DNA from: Desulfosudaceae bacterium
GTDB taxonomy: Bacteria; Desulfobacterota; Desulfobacteria; Desulfobacterales; Desulfosudaceae
Length of the DNA stretch: 64,000 nucleotides
Assembly: GCA_963674745.2 (NCBI GenBank)
Contig: CAXXDV010000003.1
Coordinates: 2,240,001-2,304,000, forward strand
Direction: 5' to 3'
Shown here: positions 36,586 through 47,490 of the stretch, in pieces
Position numbering within the stretch: position 1 is the first letter of the stretch
Layout: every line of letters begins with the position of its first letter
Notes under the pieces: generated by a model
Database searches by the model: none
The model's input: the letters and a program-made list of their open reading frames with translations, nothing else
What the model was told of the DNA's origin: nothing
Program-made: the position numbers and the translations under genes

Positions 36586-37160
36586 GGCGTCGTCCCCTTT
36601 TCCCGGTTCATTTCCTCAATAACCCCCGCAAAATAATGAAGAATCAGTATATGCGCTTCCTGGATCCGGGCCGTATTGTCGGACGGCACGATAATGACAT
36701 GCTCGGCGCGGTCCTTCATCCGTCCGCCATCGCGGCCGCAGAGGGCGATCCTTTCCAGGCCGAGCTGCCGGGCAAGATCCAGGGCGCTGATGATATTGGC
36801 GGAGTTTCCGGAAGTCGATATGCCCACCAGTGCGTCTCCGGGACCGGCCAGTGCGCCCAGTTGCCGTGTAAACACACTGTCATAGGCGTAATCATTGGTC
36901 ACGGCTGTCAGGATCGAAGTGTCGGTGGTCAGGGCAACGGCCGGGAACGGACGCCGCTCTGCTTCAAAACGACCGATCAGTTCCGCCGCAAAATGCTGGG
37001 CATCGGCTGCCGAACCGCCGTTGCCGCAGACGAATATACGACCACCACCGGCGATGATCCCTGCCAGTGAGCGGGCGGCACCGTCGACAGCGTCATTTAT
37101 TCCGGCCAGACGGTCAATACAGGCCTGGTGATCTTTGATGATATTTTTAAAACTTGGCAT
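36582..37160 (-). CDS. gmhA: Phosphoheptose isomerase
   Basis: CGNGGSAADAQHFAAE, STSGNS, RIQEAH. Confidence 0.97.
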   Translation of the reverse strand: MPSFKNIIKDHQACIDRLAGINDAVDGAARSLAGIIAGGGRIFVCGNGGSAADAQHFAAELIGRFEAERRPFPAVALTTDTSILTAVTNDYAYDSVFTRQLGALAGPGDALVGISTSGNSANIISALDLARQLGLERIALCGRDGGRMKDRAEHVIIVPSDNTARIQEAHILILHYFAGVIEEMNREKGTTP

Positions 37161-37170
37161 CTTTTTTTTC

Positions 37171-38139
37171 CTAAAGATAGGGATCCGTTGCCTGCAGATA
37201 ATTTTTTACGTAATCGGCCACCGCATCTTCAAGGCCCGTAAACGCGACCGGACAACCCCGGCCGGACAGGCGTTTCATTTCCGCCTCGGTGAAATACTGA
37301 TAACGATCCCGAAGTATTTCCGGCATATCAATATACTCGATCCGCGGTGACATATCCATGGCCGAAAAAACCGCTTTGGCCAGATCGTTCCAGGTCCTGG
37401 CCCGGCCTGTGCCGATGTTATAAAGCCCGGTTACGTCCTGATTCTCCAGCAACCAGCTGATGATACCGGCGCAGTCTTTGACATACACAAAATCCCTTTG
37501 CTGTCCACCGTCCTCGTATTCCGGGCGGTAAGACTTGAACAGCCGGATGGTGCCTTCCGCGCCCACCTGAGCGAAGGCTTTGACCACAACACTGCGCATA
37601 TCGCCTTTATGATACTCATTGGGACCGAAAACATTAAAGAATTTAAGACTCACCAGCCGGTCAAGGAAATTGTGGCGACGCGCCCAGACATCAAACAGCT
37701 GTTTGGAATAACCGTACATGTTCAAGGGGACCAGTTGGTCAAGCGATTCCGCGTCATCGGAAAAACCCCGACTGCCGTCTCCATAGGTGGCGGCACTGGA
37801 CGCGTTGATAAACCGGATATTCCGGTAGACCGCGTACTGGGCCAGACGCCGGGAATAGTGGTAATTGTTTTCCATCAGATAATCGGCGTCATTTTCGGTG
37901 GTGGAAGAGCAGGCGCCCATATGAATGATGGCCTCGATATTATCGATTTCGCCGTTCAGTAATCTATCTAAAAATACTTTTTTATGCATATAGTCCAGAT
38001 AGCGCCGGTTGACCAGGTTCTTCCACTTGTCCGATGTGCCCAGATGGTCGACCACCAGGATATCCTCCCGGCCGGCCTCATTCAATTTCCAGATGACGGC
38101 ACTGCCGATGAAACCGGCGCCGCCTGTTACGATTATCAT
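37171..38139 (-). CDS. hldD: ADP-L-glycero-D-manno-heptose 6-epimerase
   Basis: VTGGAGFIGS, PLNMYGYSK, NEYHKGDMRS, YQYFTEA. Confidence 0.97.
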   Translation of the reverse strand: MIIVTGGAGFIGSAVIWKLNEAGREDILVVDHLGTSDKWKNLVNRRYLDYMHKKVFLDRLLNGEIDNIEAIIHMGACSSTTENDADYLMENNYHYSRRLAQYAVYRNIRFINASSAATYGDGSRGFSDDAESLDQLVPLNMYGYSKQLFDVWARRHNFLDRLVSLKFFNVFGPNEYHKGDMRSVVVKAFAQVGAEGTIRLFKSYRPEYEDGGQQRDFVYVKDCAGIISWLLENQDVTGLYNIGTGRARTWNDLAKAVFSAMDMSPRIEYIDMPEILRDRYQYFTEAEMKRLSGRGCPVAFTGLEDAVADYVKNYLQATDPYL

Positions 38140-38416
38140 CTATCTCTCCGAAATTTTGATTCAATATACCCACTCCGGTCCGGTTCTCACTAAAAAAAAC
38201 CGTTCAAGAGGTGGATTGGACGCAAAACCCCTGCATTGCTTTTGGTGATTGTTGCCATAAACACCTGAAAAAGGCAATACCGGCCGTTATTTTTCCGCAT
38301 TCGACAAGACTGTTTGAAAAAGCAATTGACTTGCCTCGACAAATCTCATATTTATTCTCTAAAGTTACAATCTAATGTTTTTATGGAATAATCAGGCTGA
38401 AACACAGGACATATAA

Positions 38417-39877
38417 ATGAGCGCCAAAATTCTGATTAATGCTGTTGATACGGAAGAATGTCGAATCGCCCGGGTTAAAGACAACCGCCTGGACGAATTC
38501 CATCTGGAAACAGCCGCCCGGGCAACAACAAAAAGCAATATTTACAAAGGGATCATTGCCAGGGTGGAGCCGTCCCTCCAGGCCGCGTTTGTCGATTATG
38601 GTGAGGACCGGCACGGATTTCTCCAGAAACAGGAAATCCACAGCGATTATTTCCAACACGGTGATATCGGTGCGCCCATACAGAACCTGATCAAAACCGG
38701 CCAGGAAATGCTGGTTCAGGTCACCCGTGACCCGCTGATGAATAAAGGTGCCGCCATTACGACCTTTCTGTCCATCCCCGGCAGATACTGCGTGCTGATG
38801 CCGGGCAGCAACACCATCGGTGTTTCCAAGCAGATCAACGATGATGACGAGCGCAAACGGCTCAAAGAAATCCTGGGAAAGATATCGATACCCGACAATA
38901 TCGGTGTCATCATGCGTACCGCTGCAAAAGAGGCCACCAAAACGGTTATATCAAATGATATCCGTTATCTCCTCCGGCTCTGGAAAAACATCAAAAAAAA
39001 GGGCATCGACACCCCTGCACCGGCCCCCCTGCATAAAGAACGCAACCTGGCGGTACGGGTCATCCGCGACTACCTGACCGCCGACATCACGGAAATCCTG
39101 ATCGACGAACCGTCTGTTTTCCAGGAAGTCAAAGATTTTGTTAACATTGTTTCACCCAAACACGCCAAGATCGTCAAGTTTTACAACGGCAGTCGACCGC
39201 TGTTCACCAAGCACCAGCTTGAAGAACAAATTGAATCCATTTTTAACAAATCCGTCAAACTGCCCTCAGGCGGTTCTATTGTTCTGGACCAGACGGAAGC
39301 CATGGTGGCGATTGATGTCAATTCAGGAAAATCAAAACAGGGGGCTTCCATTGAAGAGACAGCCGTCCAGACCAACCTGGAAGCCGCTGAAGAGATTGCC
39401 CGGCAATTGCGTTTAAGAGATCTGGGCGGGCTGGTCGTCATTGATTTTATAGACATGAAAACACGCGCCCATAACTCGTCCGTTGAAAAATGCCTTAAAG
39501 CCAACCTTAAAAACGATAAGGCCAGAACCCGGGTCGGCTCTATTTCACGGTTCGGCCTGCTGGAAATGTCGCGGCAGCGAATAAGACAGTCCCTGGAGAC
39601 GTCCACGTTTGTCAGTTGTAACCAATGCAGGGGCAAAGGATACGTGTTGGCGGCCGACAAACTGGGAATTCGTTTTATGCGAAAGCTTCAATTGGAAACC
39701 CTCAAAAAAAGCGGTTCCCATATCACCGGCCTGGTCCCCATGGAAGTGGCGGAATATATTTTAAACCGCAAAAAAAGCGAGCTTCTGGAACTGGAAACCC
39801 GGCGCGGCCTGACCATCACCATCAAAGGGGACGCGTCCATACCCCGGGATGAGAGCAAAATCCACTGGCAGACATAA
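38417..39877 (+). CDS. Ribonuclease E/G family endoribonuclease
   Basis: NIYKG..VEPSLQAAFVDYG, AIDVNSG, LRDLGGLVVIDFIDM; promoter-like TTGACT-17-TATTTA at 38326-38354. Confidence 0.95.
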   Translation: MSAKILINAVDTEECRIARVKDNRLDEFHLETAARATTKSNIYKGIIARVEPSLQAAFVDYGEDRHGFLQKQEIHSDYFQHGDIGAPIQNLIKTGQEMLVQVTRDPLMNKGAAITTFLSIPGRYCVLMPGSNTIGVSKQINDDDERKRLKEILGKISIPDNIGVIMRTAAKEATKTVISNDIRYLLRLWKNIKKKGIDTPAPAPLHKERNLAVRVIRDYLTADITEILIDEPSVFQEVKDFVNIVSPKHAKIVKFYNGSRPLFTKHQLEEQIESIFNKSVKLPSGGSIVLDQTEAMVAIDVNSGKSKQGASIEETAVQTNLEAAEEIARQLRLRDLGGLVVIDFIDMKTRAHNSSVEKCLKANLKNDKARTRVGSISRFGLLEMSRQRIRQSLETSTFVSCNQCRGKGYVLAADKLGIRFMRKLQLETLKKSGSHITGLVPMEVAEYILNRKKSELLELETRRGLTITIKGDASIPRDESKIHWQT

Positions 39878-39937
39878 CCTGCTGGAACGACCATTTTTGC
39901 TTCAAAACGACCATCAATACAAAAAAAGGGAAAAGCC

Positions 39938-40753
39938 ATGTCTGAGCAATCGACGGAAAACAGTATTGGCCGTTCACCCTGGGCGGCTGCCGTGGTGGTC
40001 GGCATTCTGGCCGTTGCCGCTGTATTTGCCCTGTTTTTCTTTTTTTCAGGTCGCGAGCAGCCGGAGACACAGACACTGTTAAAAGAAACCAAACCGGCCG
40101 CCTCTCCGGCCGAAAAACCCGGGCAAACACCTGTTGTTGATTTCAACCACCTGGATGAGGATATGACGCTTCGGCAGGAAATGGACAAAAGAAAAGAAAA
40201 ATACGGTATCAATGAAGCGCTTGATCTGGTGGTCCGGGAGGACGAAGCCGTTAAAGTAGGCGATGCCACCATTTCCATGGAAACCATCCGGGAGAAATCA
40301 GACCTTAAAAAAGGTTGGGTTGTTGAAAAAGACTTGCAAAATAACCGTTCAGTCAATAAAGAAAGTGTGGCGGAGTACGGCATACATGTGGTACAACCCG
40401 GTGAAAATATCTGGGACATTCATTTCGCTTTGTTGAAGGACTATTTTGCGGGAAAAGGAATTGACCTTTCACCGCTGGCTGATGAGCCGCAGAAAAACGG
40501 TACCAGTTCGGGTGTGGGGAAAATTCTCAAGTTTTCCGAAAACATTGTTACGATTTATAACCTTAAAGAAAACAAATTGGAGATTGACTTGAACAACATT
40601 CAACCATTAGAACGGATTGTCGTTTACCGTATGGATGGTGTTTTCAGTCTCCTGGATCAAATCGACTATAAAGACATAAAAAAACTGGCCTTTGACGGCC
40701 GAACGCTGTGGGTTCCGGCGGAAACTCCGGCATTACCGGCATTAAACGAATAG
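39938..40753 (+). CDS. Membrane-anchored hypothetical protein with a LysM-like start motif
   Basis: One N-terminal TM; YGIHVVQPGENIWDI. Confidence 0.6.
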   Translation: MSEQSTENSIGRSPWAAAVVVGILAVAAVFALFFFFSGREQPETQTLLKETKPAASPAEKPGQTPVVDFNHLDEDMTLRQEMDKRKEKYGINEALDLVVREDEAVKVGDATISMETIREKSDLKKGWVVEKDLQNNRSVNKESVAEYGIHVVQPGENIWDIHFALLKDYFAGKGIDLSPLADEPQKNGTSSGVGKILKFSENIVTIYNLKENKLEIDLNNIQPLERIVVYRMDGVFSLLDQIDYKDIKKLAFDGRTLWVPAETPALPALNE

Positions 40754-40811
40754 GGTATCTCTAAAAAAGCAATTTTTAGAGGTGCCCGATAGAAACCGAG
40801 GGAGGGAAACA

Positions 40812-41195
40812 GTGTTTGTAGACATTGCACACGCCATGGGGCAGGCACCGGCCGGGGCTCAGGCGCCGGAAGGCAGCGGGTTGGCACTCTTTTTACAAAG
40901 CCCGTTGTCCATGATGATTCTCATCTTTGTCATCTTTTACTTTTTATTGATCAGGCCGCAAAACAAGAAAAACAAAGCCCATCAGGACATGCTCAACGCA
41001 TTGAAAAACGGTGACCGGGTGATTACCAACGGCGGTATTTACGGACGGGTCACCAAGGTTGAAGATGCCGTTGTTACGGTTGAAGTGGCCGACAGGGTAA
41101 GGATCAAGCTCTCCCGCCAGGCCATTGCCAGTCTTCAGGCCGGGGGGGCATCCGGCCAGGACGAATCAAAAAACACATCCGGCAAAAAGGAATAA
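40812..41195 (+). CDS. yajC: Preprotein translocase subunit YajC
   Basis: FYFLLIRPQ, GDRVITNGGIYG; GTG after GGAGG. Confidence 0.95.
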   Translation: MFVDIAHAMGQAPAGAQAPEGSGLALFLQSPLSMMILIFVIFYFLLIRPQNKKNKAHQDMLNALKNGDRVITNGGIYGRVTKVEDAVVTVEVADRVRIKLSRQAIASLQAGGASGQDESKNTSGKKE

Positions 41196-41207
41196 GGATA
41201 AAAAGAC

Positions 41208-42782
41208 GTGAAAGACTCTCTGTGGAAACAATTATTGGTCGCAGGCGTACTGATTTGGGCCGTTATTATGGTGCTGCCCACGATAAATTCCGAGTGGTGG
41301 CCCCACAAAATCATCAATCTGGGGCTTGACCTTCAGGGCGGCATGCACCTGGTGCTGGAAGTACAGACTGAAAAGGCTGTCGAAGCGCAGATCACCGGCC
41401 ATGCCCAGTCGCTTAAAAGCGCGCTCAGGGAAAAACGTATCCGGCACACGGATGTTAACGCTCTGGGGGATAAAATCAAGATCACCGTCAGAGGGCAGGA
41501 GAATGTTGATGTCTTAAATGCCATACTGAAAAAGGATTTCAATGACCTCAAAACGGTATCGGCCAAACAACAGGATAACAAGCAGGAAATCATCCTGAGC
41601 CTGCCCGAGGACCGTGTCAAGGATATCAAGAAAATGGCCACCAGCCAGGCGCTGGAAACGATTCGCAACCGTATTGACGAATTCGGCGTCAGTGAACCAA
41701 GCATCCGCATCCAGGGCAAACGCCAGATCCTGATTCAACTGCCCGGGGTTACGGACACGGCCCGTGCCAAGGACCTGATCGGCAAGACAGCGCTGCTTGA
41801 ATTCAGGCTGGTGGATGAAGCGCATGACGTATCAAAAGCCCTTAAAGGCGATGTGCCGGCGGGTAGTGAGCTTCTGTACGAGATCAACCGGGATCCGGAA
41901 ACCGGCCTGTCGAAACGAATCCCCTACCTGATTAAAAAAGGCACCCCCCTGACGGGTGCGGACCTGGCCGACGCCCAGGTACGTATCGACGGCCGTTACA
42001 ACGAACCTTATGTGGGGCTGGAGTTTAACCGGAAAGGCGCCATTATTTTTGAAAAAATAACCGAAGAAAACCTGAAAAAACGGCTGGCCATCGTCCTTGA
42101 CAACCATGTCTATTCGGCACCGGTGATCCAGGACCGGATCAGCGGCGGGTCTGCCCAGATCACAGGCAGTTTTACGGATCAGGAAGCCCATGATCTGGCC
42201 ATTGTTTTGCGGGCCGGTTCTCTACCGGCGCCGGTGACCATTCTGGAAGAAAGGACCGTGGGGCCATCCCTGGGGCATGAATCAATCCGTAAGGGGCTGA
42301 TCTCAATGATCGTGGGCGGCATCATCGTGATTCTTTTCATGGCCGTATATTACAAAGGCGCCGGTTTGATCGCCGATTTCGCGCTGCTGGCCAACATTCT
42401 GCTCATCGCTGCCGGGCTGGCGGCCCTTCAGGCGACCCTGACCCTGCCGGGCATTGCCGGTATTATTCTGACCATCGGCATGGCGGTGGACGCCAACGTC
42501 ATTATCTTTGAACGCATCCGGGAAGAACTGCGCCTGGGGAAACCCGCGTATGCCGCCATGTCGGCTGGGTTTGACAGGGCCGCCCTGACGATTCTGGACG
42601 CCAATGTCACCACCCTGATCGCGGCCCTGGTGTTGATCCAGTTCGGCACCGGTCCGGTCCGGGGATTCGCGGTCACATTAAGTCTGGGGGTTGTGGCCAG
42701 TATGTTTACGGCACTGATCCTGTCCCGACTGGTTTTCGACTACATACTGATCAACCGGAAAATTAAAACATTAAGCATTTAA
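41208..42782 (+). CDS. secD: Protein translocase subunit SecD
   Basis: LGLDLQGG, RIDEFGVSEP, LRAGSLPAP, GMAVDANV. Confidence 0.98.
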   Translation: MKDSLWKQLLVAGVLIWAVIMVLPTINSEWWPHKIINLGLDLQGGMHLVLEVQTEKAVEAQITGHAQSLKSALREKRIRHTDVNALGDKIKITVRGQENVDVLNAILKKDFNDLKTVSAKQQDNKQEIILSLPEDRVKDIKKMATSQALETIRNRIDEFGVSEPSIRIQGKRQILIQLPGVTDTARAKDLIGKTALLEFRLVDEAHDVSKALKGDVPAGSELLYEINRDPETGLSKRIPYLIKKGTPLTGADLADAQVRIDGRYNEPYVGLEFNRKGAIIFEKITEENLKKRLAIVLDNHVYSAPVIQDRISGGSAQITGSFTDQEAHDLAIVLRAGSLPAPVTILEERTVGPSLGHESIRKGLISMIVGGIIVILFMAVYYKGAGLIADFALLANILLIAAGLAALQATLTLPGIAGIILTIGMAVDANVIIFERIREELRLGKPAYAAMSAGFDRAALTILDANVTTLIAALVLIQFGTGPVRGFAVTLSLGVVASMFTALILSRLVFDYILINRKIKTLSI

Positions 42783-42812
42783 TTACAATCCAGGGTTAAC
42801 AGGAAACGATCA

Positions 42813-43850
42813 ATGGAAATAATCAAACCGGGAACGAATTATAATATTGTCGGCAAACAAAAAGCCGCATTCACCATGTCAGCTGTATTAATTATATTGA
42901 CGATTTTATCGCTGTTCTTCCATAAAGGACCGAAATTCGGCATTGATTTTTCAGGTGGCACCCTTATCCAGCTTCAATTTGATGCCCCCGTAGGCGTTGA
43001 CGCCATCAAATCCGGGTTTGACGATATCGGCATCGACGTTAGCATGGTACAAAAGTACGGAGAACACGAAGAGGGAAACTGCCAGTACCTTGTCAATACA
43101 GGCATGACAGGCATTACCGAGCAGGATTTTTCCAACCGGGTCCATCAGACATTAAAAGCCGCCACCGGCCATTCGGCTGAGATTTTAAGGGTGGAAATGG
43201 TCGGTCCCCAGGTGGGTAAGGAATTGCGGGGCAAAGCCCTGATGGCCATCTTTTTTGCGCTGCTCTTTATCAATATCTACATCTCCGGCCGTTTCGAACT
43301 CAAATGGCTGGAAAGCGCTATCGTCGCCGGGGGTCTGATCGGCGCCGTCAAGCTGTTTTCGATGTTTCACGTCAGCCTGCCGGTGCTTATTATTATCGCC
43401 CTGGGGGTTTCCCTGCTGCTTTTCTGGCTACTGAATTTAAAATACGCCATGGGCGCCATCGTGGCCCTCATTCACGACGTGACCATCACGGTGGGTATCT
43501 TTTCCATTATGGAAAAAGAATTTACGCTGCCCATTATCGCGGCCCTGTTGACAATTGTCGGTTATTCCCTGAACGATACGATTATTGTTTTTGACCGGAT
43601 TCGGGAAAACCTGAAAAAACATTCCAAAAAAACACAGGCGGAAAACATCAATGCCAGCATCAATGAAACCCTGAGCCGGACCCTGCTGACGTCACTAACG
43701 ACTTTGGTTGTGGTAGTGGCCTTGTTCCTCTTCGGCGGGAGCATTATCCATGATTTTGCCTTTGCCATGATCGTCGGGATCGTAACCGGAACCTACTCCT
43801 CTATTTTCGTCGCCAGTCCGATTCTGCTGTGGTGGCAGTATAAGAAATAG
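42813..43850 (+). CDS. secF: Protein translocase subunit SecF
   Basis: GIDFSGG, GYSLNDTIIVFDRIRE, GTYSSIFVA. Confidence 0.98.
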   Translation: MEIIKPGTNYNIVGKQKAAFTMSAVLIILTILSLFFHKGPKFGIDFSGGTLIQLQFDAPVGVDAIKSGFDDIGIDVSMVQKYGEHEEGNCQYLVNTGMTGITEQDFSNRVHQTLKAATGHSAEILRVEMVGPQVGKELRGKALMAIFFALLFINIYISGRFELKWLESAIVAGGLIGAVKLFSMFHVSLPVLIIIALGVSLLLFWLLNLKYAMGAIVALIHDVTITVGIFSIMEKEFTLPIIAALLTIVGYSLNDTIIVFDRIRENLKKHSKKTQAENINASINETLSRTLLTSLTTLVVVVALFLFGGSIIHDFAFAMIVGIVTGTYSSIFVASPILLWWQYKK

Positions 43851-44028
43851 GGTTCGAGGATTCGAGGGGTCGAGGGAACGGCCCCGCAATATAATTTAAA
43901 AAGAAAAGTTATATAAACAATTTTGAGCTCAGGATGATGCTCTCTTCAACAAATAATTCGTTAAGCGCTCTTGCAAGATTTTGTTCTTTCAGTCCCTTGA
44001 CCCCTTGGGTCCTTGAACCCTTGGCCCC
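43850..44028. repeat. Second octamer family (GG[GA][TG]TC[AG]A)n as an inverted pair of arrays around an AT-rich spacer; single arrays at 35087, 53908 and 62477
   Basis: gggttcga ggattcga ggggtcga at 43850-76 and cccttgac cccttggg tccttgaa cccttggc at 43994-44028. Confidence 0.75.
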
Positions 44029-44084
44029 TATTTCTTTCCCGGCAAGTCCGGGAAAAACCCAACAGCAACTTTATTCCTGCCGTT

Positions 44085-45212
44085 ATGGACGACCTTACTC
44101 CCTGGTTCAGCTTAAAAAGCATTCCAGGCGTCGGAAACTATACTTATAAACGGTTAATCACCGCCTTTGGGTCAGCCGCCCGGGTTTTTGCCGCCGCCCG
44201 GACGCAGCTCCTGGCCGTCGAAGGGGTAACCGAAGCAATAGCCGGACATATCACGGGCTATCAGGTCCCGGATACGGTTTATAAAAATATTGATCTCTGC
44301 CGCCAGAAGAATATCCGGGTCGTCACCCTGACCGATCCGGTTTATCCACGCCTGTTAAGCGAGTTACCCGACCCGCCGCCTTATTTATACGTGCTGGGGG
44401 CCCTGGAACCGGACGCCGCCTGCATATCCATCGTAGGGTCCAGAAACCCCACCGGCTACGGTCGATCCATGGCCCGTCGACTGGGCCGGGAACTGGCTGA
44501 ATATGGCCTGCTGATTGTCAGCGGCATGGCTAGAGGTATTGATACCGAGGCCCATCAGGGCGCACTGGAAGCCGGTGGAAAAACGGTTGCCGTTCTGGGC
44601 AGTGGCCTGGCCCGGATTTACCCCCGGGAAAACAAGGCCCTGGCTGAAAATATCGTCGATAACGGCGCGGTTGTTTCAGAATTTCCCATCTTTGCCGAGC
44701 CCCAGGCCCACCATTTTCCCATGCGCAACCGCATTATCAGCGGTATGGCGGTCGGTACCATTGTCGTCGAAGCCGCCAGGAAAAGCGGTTCCCTGATAAC
44801 CGCCCGCCTGGCGGCCGAACAGGGCCGGGAAGTGTTCGCCGTACCGGGCAGCATCCAGTCTTTCAAAAGCACTGGCACCCACGGTTTGCTAAAACAAGGC
44901 GCCCGGCTGATCGAAAACGCCGCAGATGTGCTGCCTGAAATCGCCCATATGGTTGATATACAAACTTTTTCCATGAAAAAAGAACAGGCTTCATGCGACC
45001 CGTCGATCATAAATTCCACCCGGGGGGTTGACACCGATGAGACTCTGGTGTTAAGAACCCTTGAATGTTACCCGATCCATATTGACGATATTGTCCGCAA
45101 AACAGGACTGGAACCGGGAAAAACAGCGGGAATCCTGATTCGCCTCGAACTTGCGGGACGGATCCGGCAGGAACCCGGCAACTATTTTTTATTAAAAGAG
45201 GACGATAAGTGA
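44085..45212 (+). CDS. dprA: DNA-processing protein DprA
   Basis: IVGSR, VSGMARGID, FPMRNRIISG, SGSLITA, EVFAVPG. Confidence 0.97.
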   Translation: MDDLTPWFSLKSIPGVGNYTYKRLITAFGSAARVFAAARTQLLAVEGVTEAIAGHITGYQVPDTVYKNIDLCRQKNIRVVTLTDPVYPRLLSELPDPPPYLYVLGALEPDAACISIVGSRNPTGYGRSMARRLGRELAEYGLLIVSGMARGIDTEAHQGALEAGGKTVAVLGSGLARIYPRENKALAENIVDNGAVVSEFPIFAEPQAHHFPMRNRIISGMAVGTIVVEAARKSGSLITARLAAEQGREVFAVPGSIQSFKSTGTHGLLKQGARLIENAADVLPEIAHMVDIQTFSMKKEQASCDPSIINSTRGVDTDETLVLRTLECYPIHIDDIVRKTGLEPGKTAGILIRLELAGRIRQEPGNYFLLKEDDK

Positions 45213-47479
45213 GCAAACCGGTTATCATTGTCGAATCACCGACCAAGGTGAAGACCATCAAAAAACATACCGGTAATAAATATGCCGTCACCGCCACGTC
45301 GGGCCATTTAATGGACCTGCCGCCCAGTGAACTGGGCATTGATATTGAACACGATTTTAAGCCCAAGTATGTCAACATCAAAGGCAAACAGAAGGTCATC
45401 AAGGCCCTCAAAAGCGCGGTCGGAGACGCCACGGACGTATATCTCGCCCCCGACCCGGATCGCGAAGGAGAGGCCATTGCTTTTCATACGGCGGAAATTC
45501 TGAAAAAAAAGGATCGGCGGTTTTACCGGGTCTTGTTTCATGAGCTGACCAAAAACGGTATTCAAAAAGGCCTTGAGTCCCCCCATGAACTTAACAGCCA
45601 TAAATACGATTCTCAGCAGGCCCGCCGGATACTTGACCGGCTGGTGGGGTACCAGATATCACCCCTGTTGTGGAAAAAAGTCCGTAACGGACTCAGTGCC
45701 GGTCGCGTGCAATCGGTGGCGGTCAGGATTATTTGCGACCGGGAGCGGGAGATCTTTGCCTTTGAGCCGGAAGAGTACTGGTCGATAACCGCCGCTGTTG
45801 AAGGCGGCAATCCGCCTCAATTCTCCGCCAAACTGGCCCGGCACAAAGATAAAAAAATAGCCATTCACAATGAAACGGCGGCGAAAAAAGCAACAGAAGA
45901 AATTTCCCGGCAGGAGCTGATAGTTGAAAAGATCATCAAAAAAACGGTTAAACGCAACCCCCTGCCCCCTTTTATTACCAGCACGCTTCAACAGGAAGCC
46001 ATCAAGAAGCTCGGCTTTTCAGCCAAAAAGGCCATGGCCGTCGCCCAGCAACTTTACGAAGGTATTAACCTGGGTCCGGAACCGGTCGGCCTGATCACCT
46101 ATATGCGTACGGATTCCACCAGAATCGCGCCGGAAGCCGCGCACGAGGCAATGGCCCTGATCAAAGAAAAATTCGGCATCCAGTATGCAGTGGAGCGGCC
46201 ACGCTTTTTTGCCAATAAAAATAAAGCCCAGGACGCCCATGAAGCGATCAGACCGACCTCCGTGGCGCTGGAACCGGAAAAGATCAGTTCCCACCTGTCA
46301 GCGGAACAAATGAAGCTTTATGCACTGATCTGGAAACGATTTGTCGCCTCCCAGATGCACCACGCCCTGATCGATCAGAAATCCATCAGTATCAAAGCCG
46401 GGGATTACCTTTTCCGGGCCAGCGGTTCCACCGTCAACTTTCCGGGATTCATGGTGCTTTACCAGGTCACGGAAGAAAAGAACAACTCCCCGGGTGCCAA
46501 AGATGAGCTTCCTGAATTATCTGAAAACGAGCCGTTGAAACTGATCAAGCTCGATCCCAAACAACATTTTACGGCACCCCCGCCACGCTTTTCAGAAGCG
46601 TCCCTGGTCAAGGAACTGGAAGAAAACGGCATCGGGCGGCCCAGCACATACGCCACCATCCTGTCGACCATCCGTGATAAAGGGTATGTGGACCTGGTCA
46701 ACAAATACTTTCGGCCGACAGAGCTGGGATTGATTGTCAATGATCTGCTGACCGACAATTTTCCCGATATCCTGGATATTGAATTCACAGCCAGACTCGA
46801 AGACGATCTGGACCGGATTGAATCCGCCCAGAAACAGTCTTCCGTCCTTCTAAAAGAGTTTTATGAACCATTTGCCCAAAAACTCGAAACCGCCCAGGAC
46901 GAAATGCTTAGCATCAAAGGCGTAGGCGCGACCACCAATTTATCCTGCCCGGAATGCGGCAAGGAACTGCGCATCAAAATCGGTAAGAACGGCCCGTTTC
47001 TGGCCTGCACGGGCTACCCGGAGTGCACTTTTTCCAGCAACTACATCCGTTCTGAAAAAGGCGTCGTTGAGCCGTCGATCCCTGATCAATCCATGGCCGA
47101 GGGCCTGATGTGTGACAAATGCGGTCACCCCATGATTGTCAAGCAGGGCAAATACGGCGATTTTCTGGCCTGCTCGGCCTACCCGGAATGCAAGAACGCC
47201 CAATCGCTTAATTCCGGTCATAACGCCGTCCCTGTCGGCGTTAAATGCCCGGAAAAAGGCTGTGATGGAGAGGTCGTCGAAAAGAAATCAAAACGTGGAA
47301 AGATCTTTTACGGGTGCAGTCGTTTTCCGAATTGCCAGTTCGCCACCTGGGATAAGCCGATCAACAAGACCTGCCCGCAATGCAACGCGCCCGTCATGGT
47401 TGAAAAAACAACTAAAAAAGAGGGCACCATCCTTCAATGCCTGGACAAAAGTTGCGGGTACCGGCAAAAAAACGGATAA
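45209..47479 (+). CDS. topA: DNA topoisomerase I
   Basis: IVESPTK, DPDREGE, SAGRVQS, ITYMRTDS, C-terminal Zn ribbons. Confidence 0.98.
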   Translation: MSKPVIIVESPTKVKTIKKHTGNKYAVTATSGHLMDLPPSELGIDIEHDFKPKYVNIKGKQKVIKALKSAVGDATDVYLAPDPDREGEAIAFHTAEILKKKDRRFYRVLFHELTKNGIQKGLESPHELNSHKYDSQQARRILDRLVGYQISPLLWKKVRNGLSAGRVQSVAVRIICDREREIFAFEPEEYWSITAAVEGGNPPQFSAKLARHKDKKIAIHNETAAKKATEEISRQELIVEKIIKKTVKRNPLPPFITSTLQQEAIKKLGFSAKKAMAVAQQLYEGINLGPEPVGLITYMRTDSTRIAPEAAHEAMALIKEKFGIQYAVERPRFFANKNKAQDAHEAIRPTSVALEPEKISSHLSAEQMKLYALIWKRFVASQMHHALIDQKSISIKAGDYLFRASGSTVNFPGFMVLYQVTEEKNNSPGAKDELPELSENEPLKLIKLDPKQHFTAPPPRFSEASLVKELEENGIGRPSTYATILSTIRDKGYVDLVNKYFRPTELGLIVNDLLTDNFPDILDIEFTARLEDDLDRIESAQKQSSVLLKEFYEPFAQKLETAQDEMLSIKGVGATTNLSCPECGKELRIKIGKNGPFLACTGYPECTFSSNYIRSEKGVVEPSIPDQSMAEGLMCDKCGHPMIVKQGKYGDFLACSAYPECKNAQSLNSGHNAVPVGVKCPEKGCDGEVVEKKSKRGKIFYGCSRFPNCQFATWDKPINKTCPQCNAPVMVEKTTKKEGTILQCLDKSCGYRQKNG

Positions 47480-47490
47480 CAGGTTAATTA

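Noticed and set aside
38185..38260. c-di-GMP-I (GEMM) riboswitch-like words GGACGCAAAAC...GTTGCC
   Set aside because: No GNRA-capped P1 with GGCAAAC and no convincing P2 pairing; an Infernal scan would settle it
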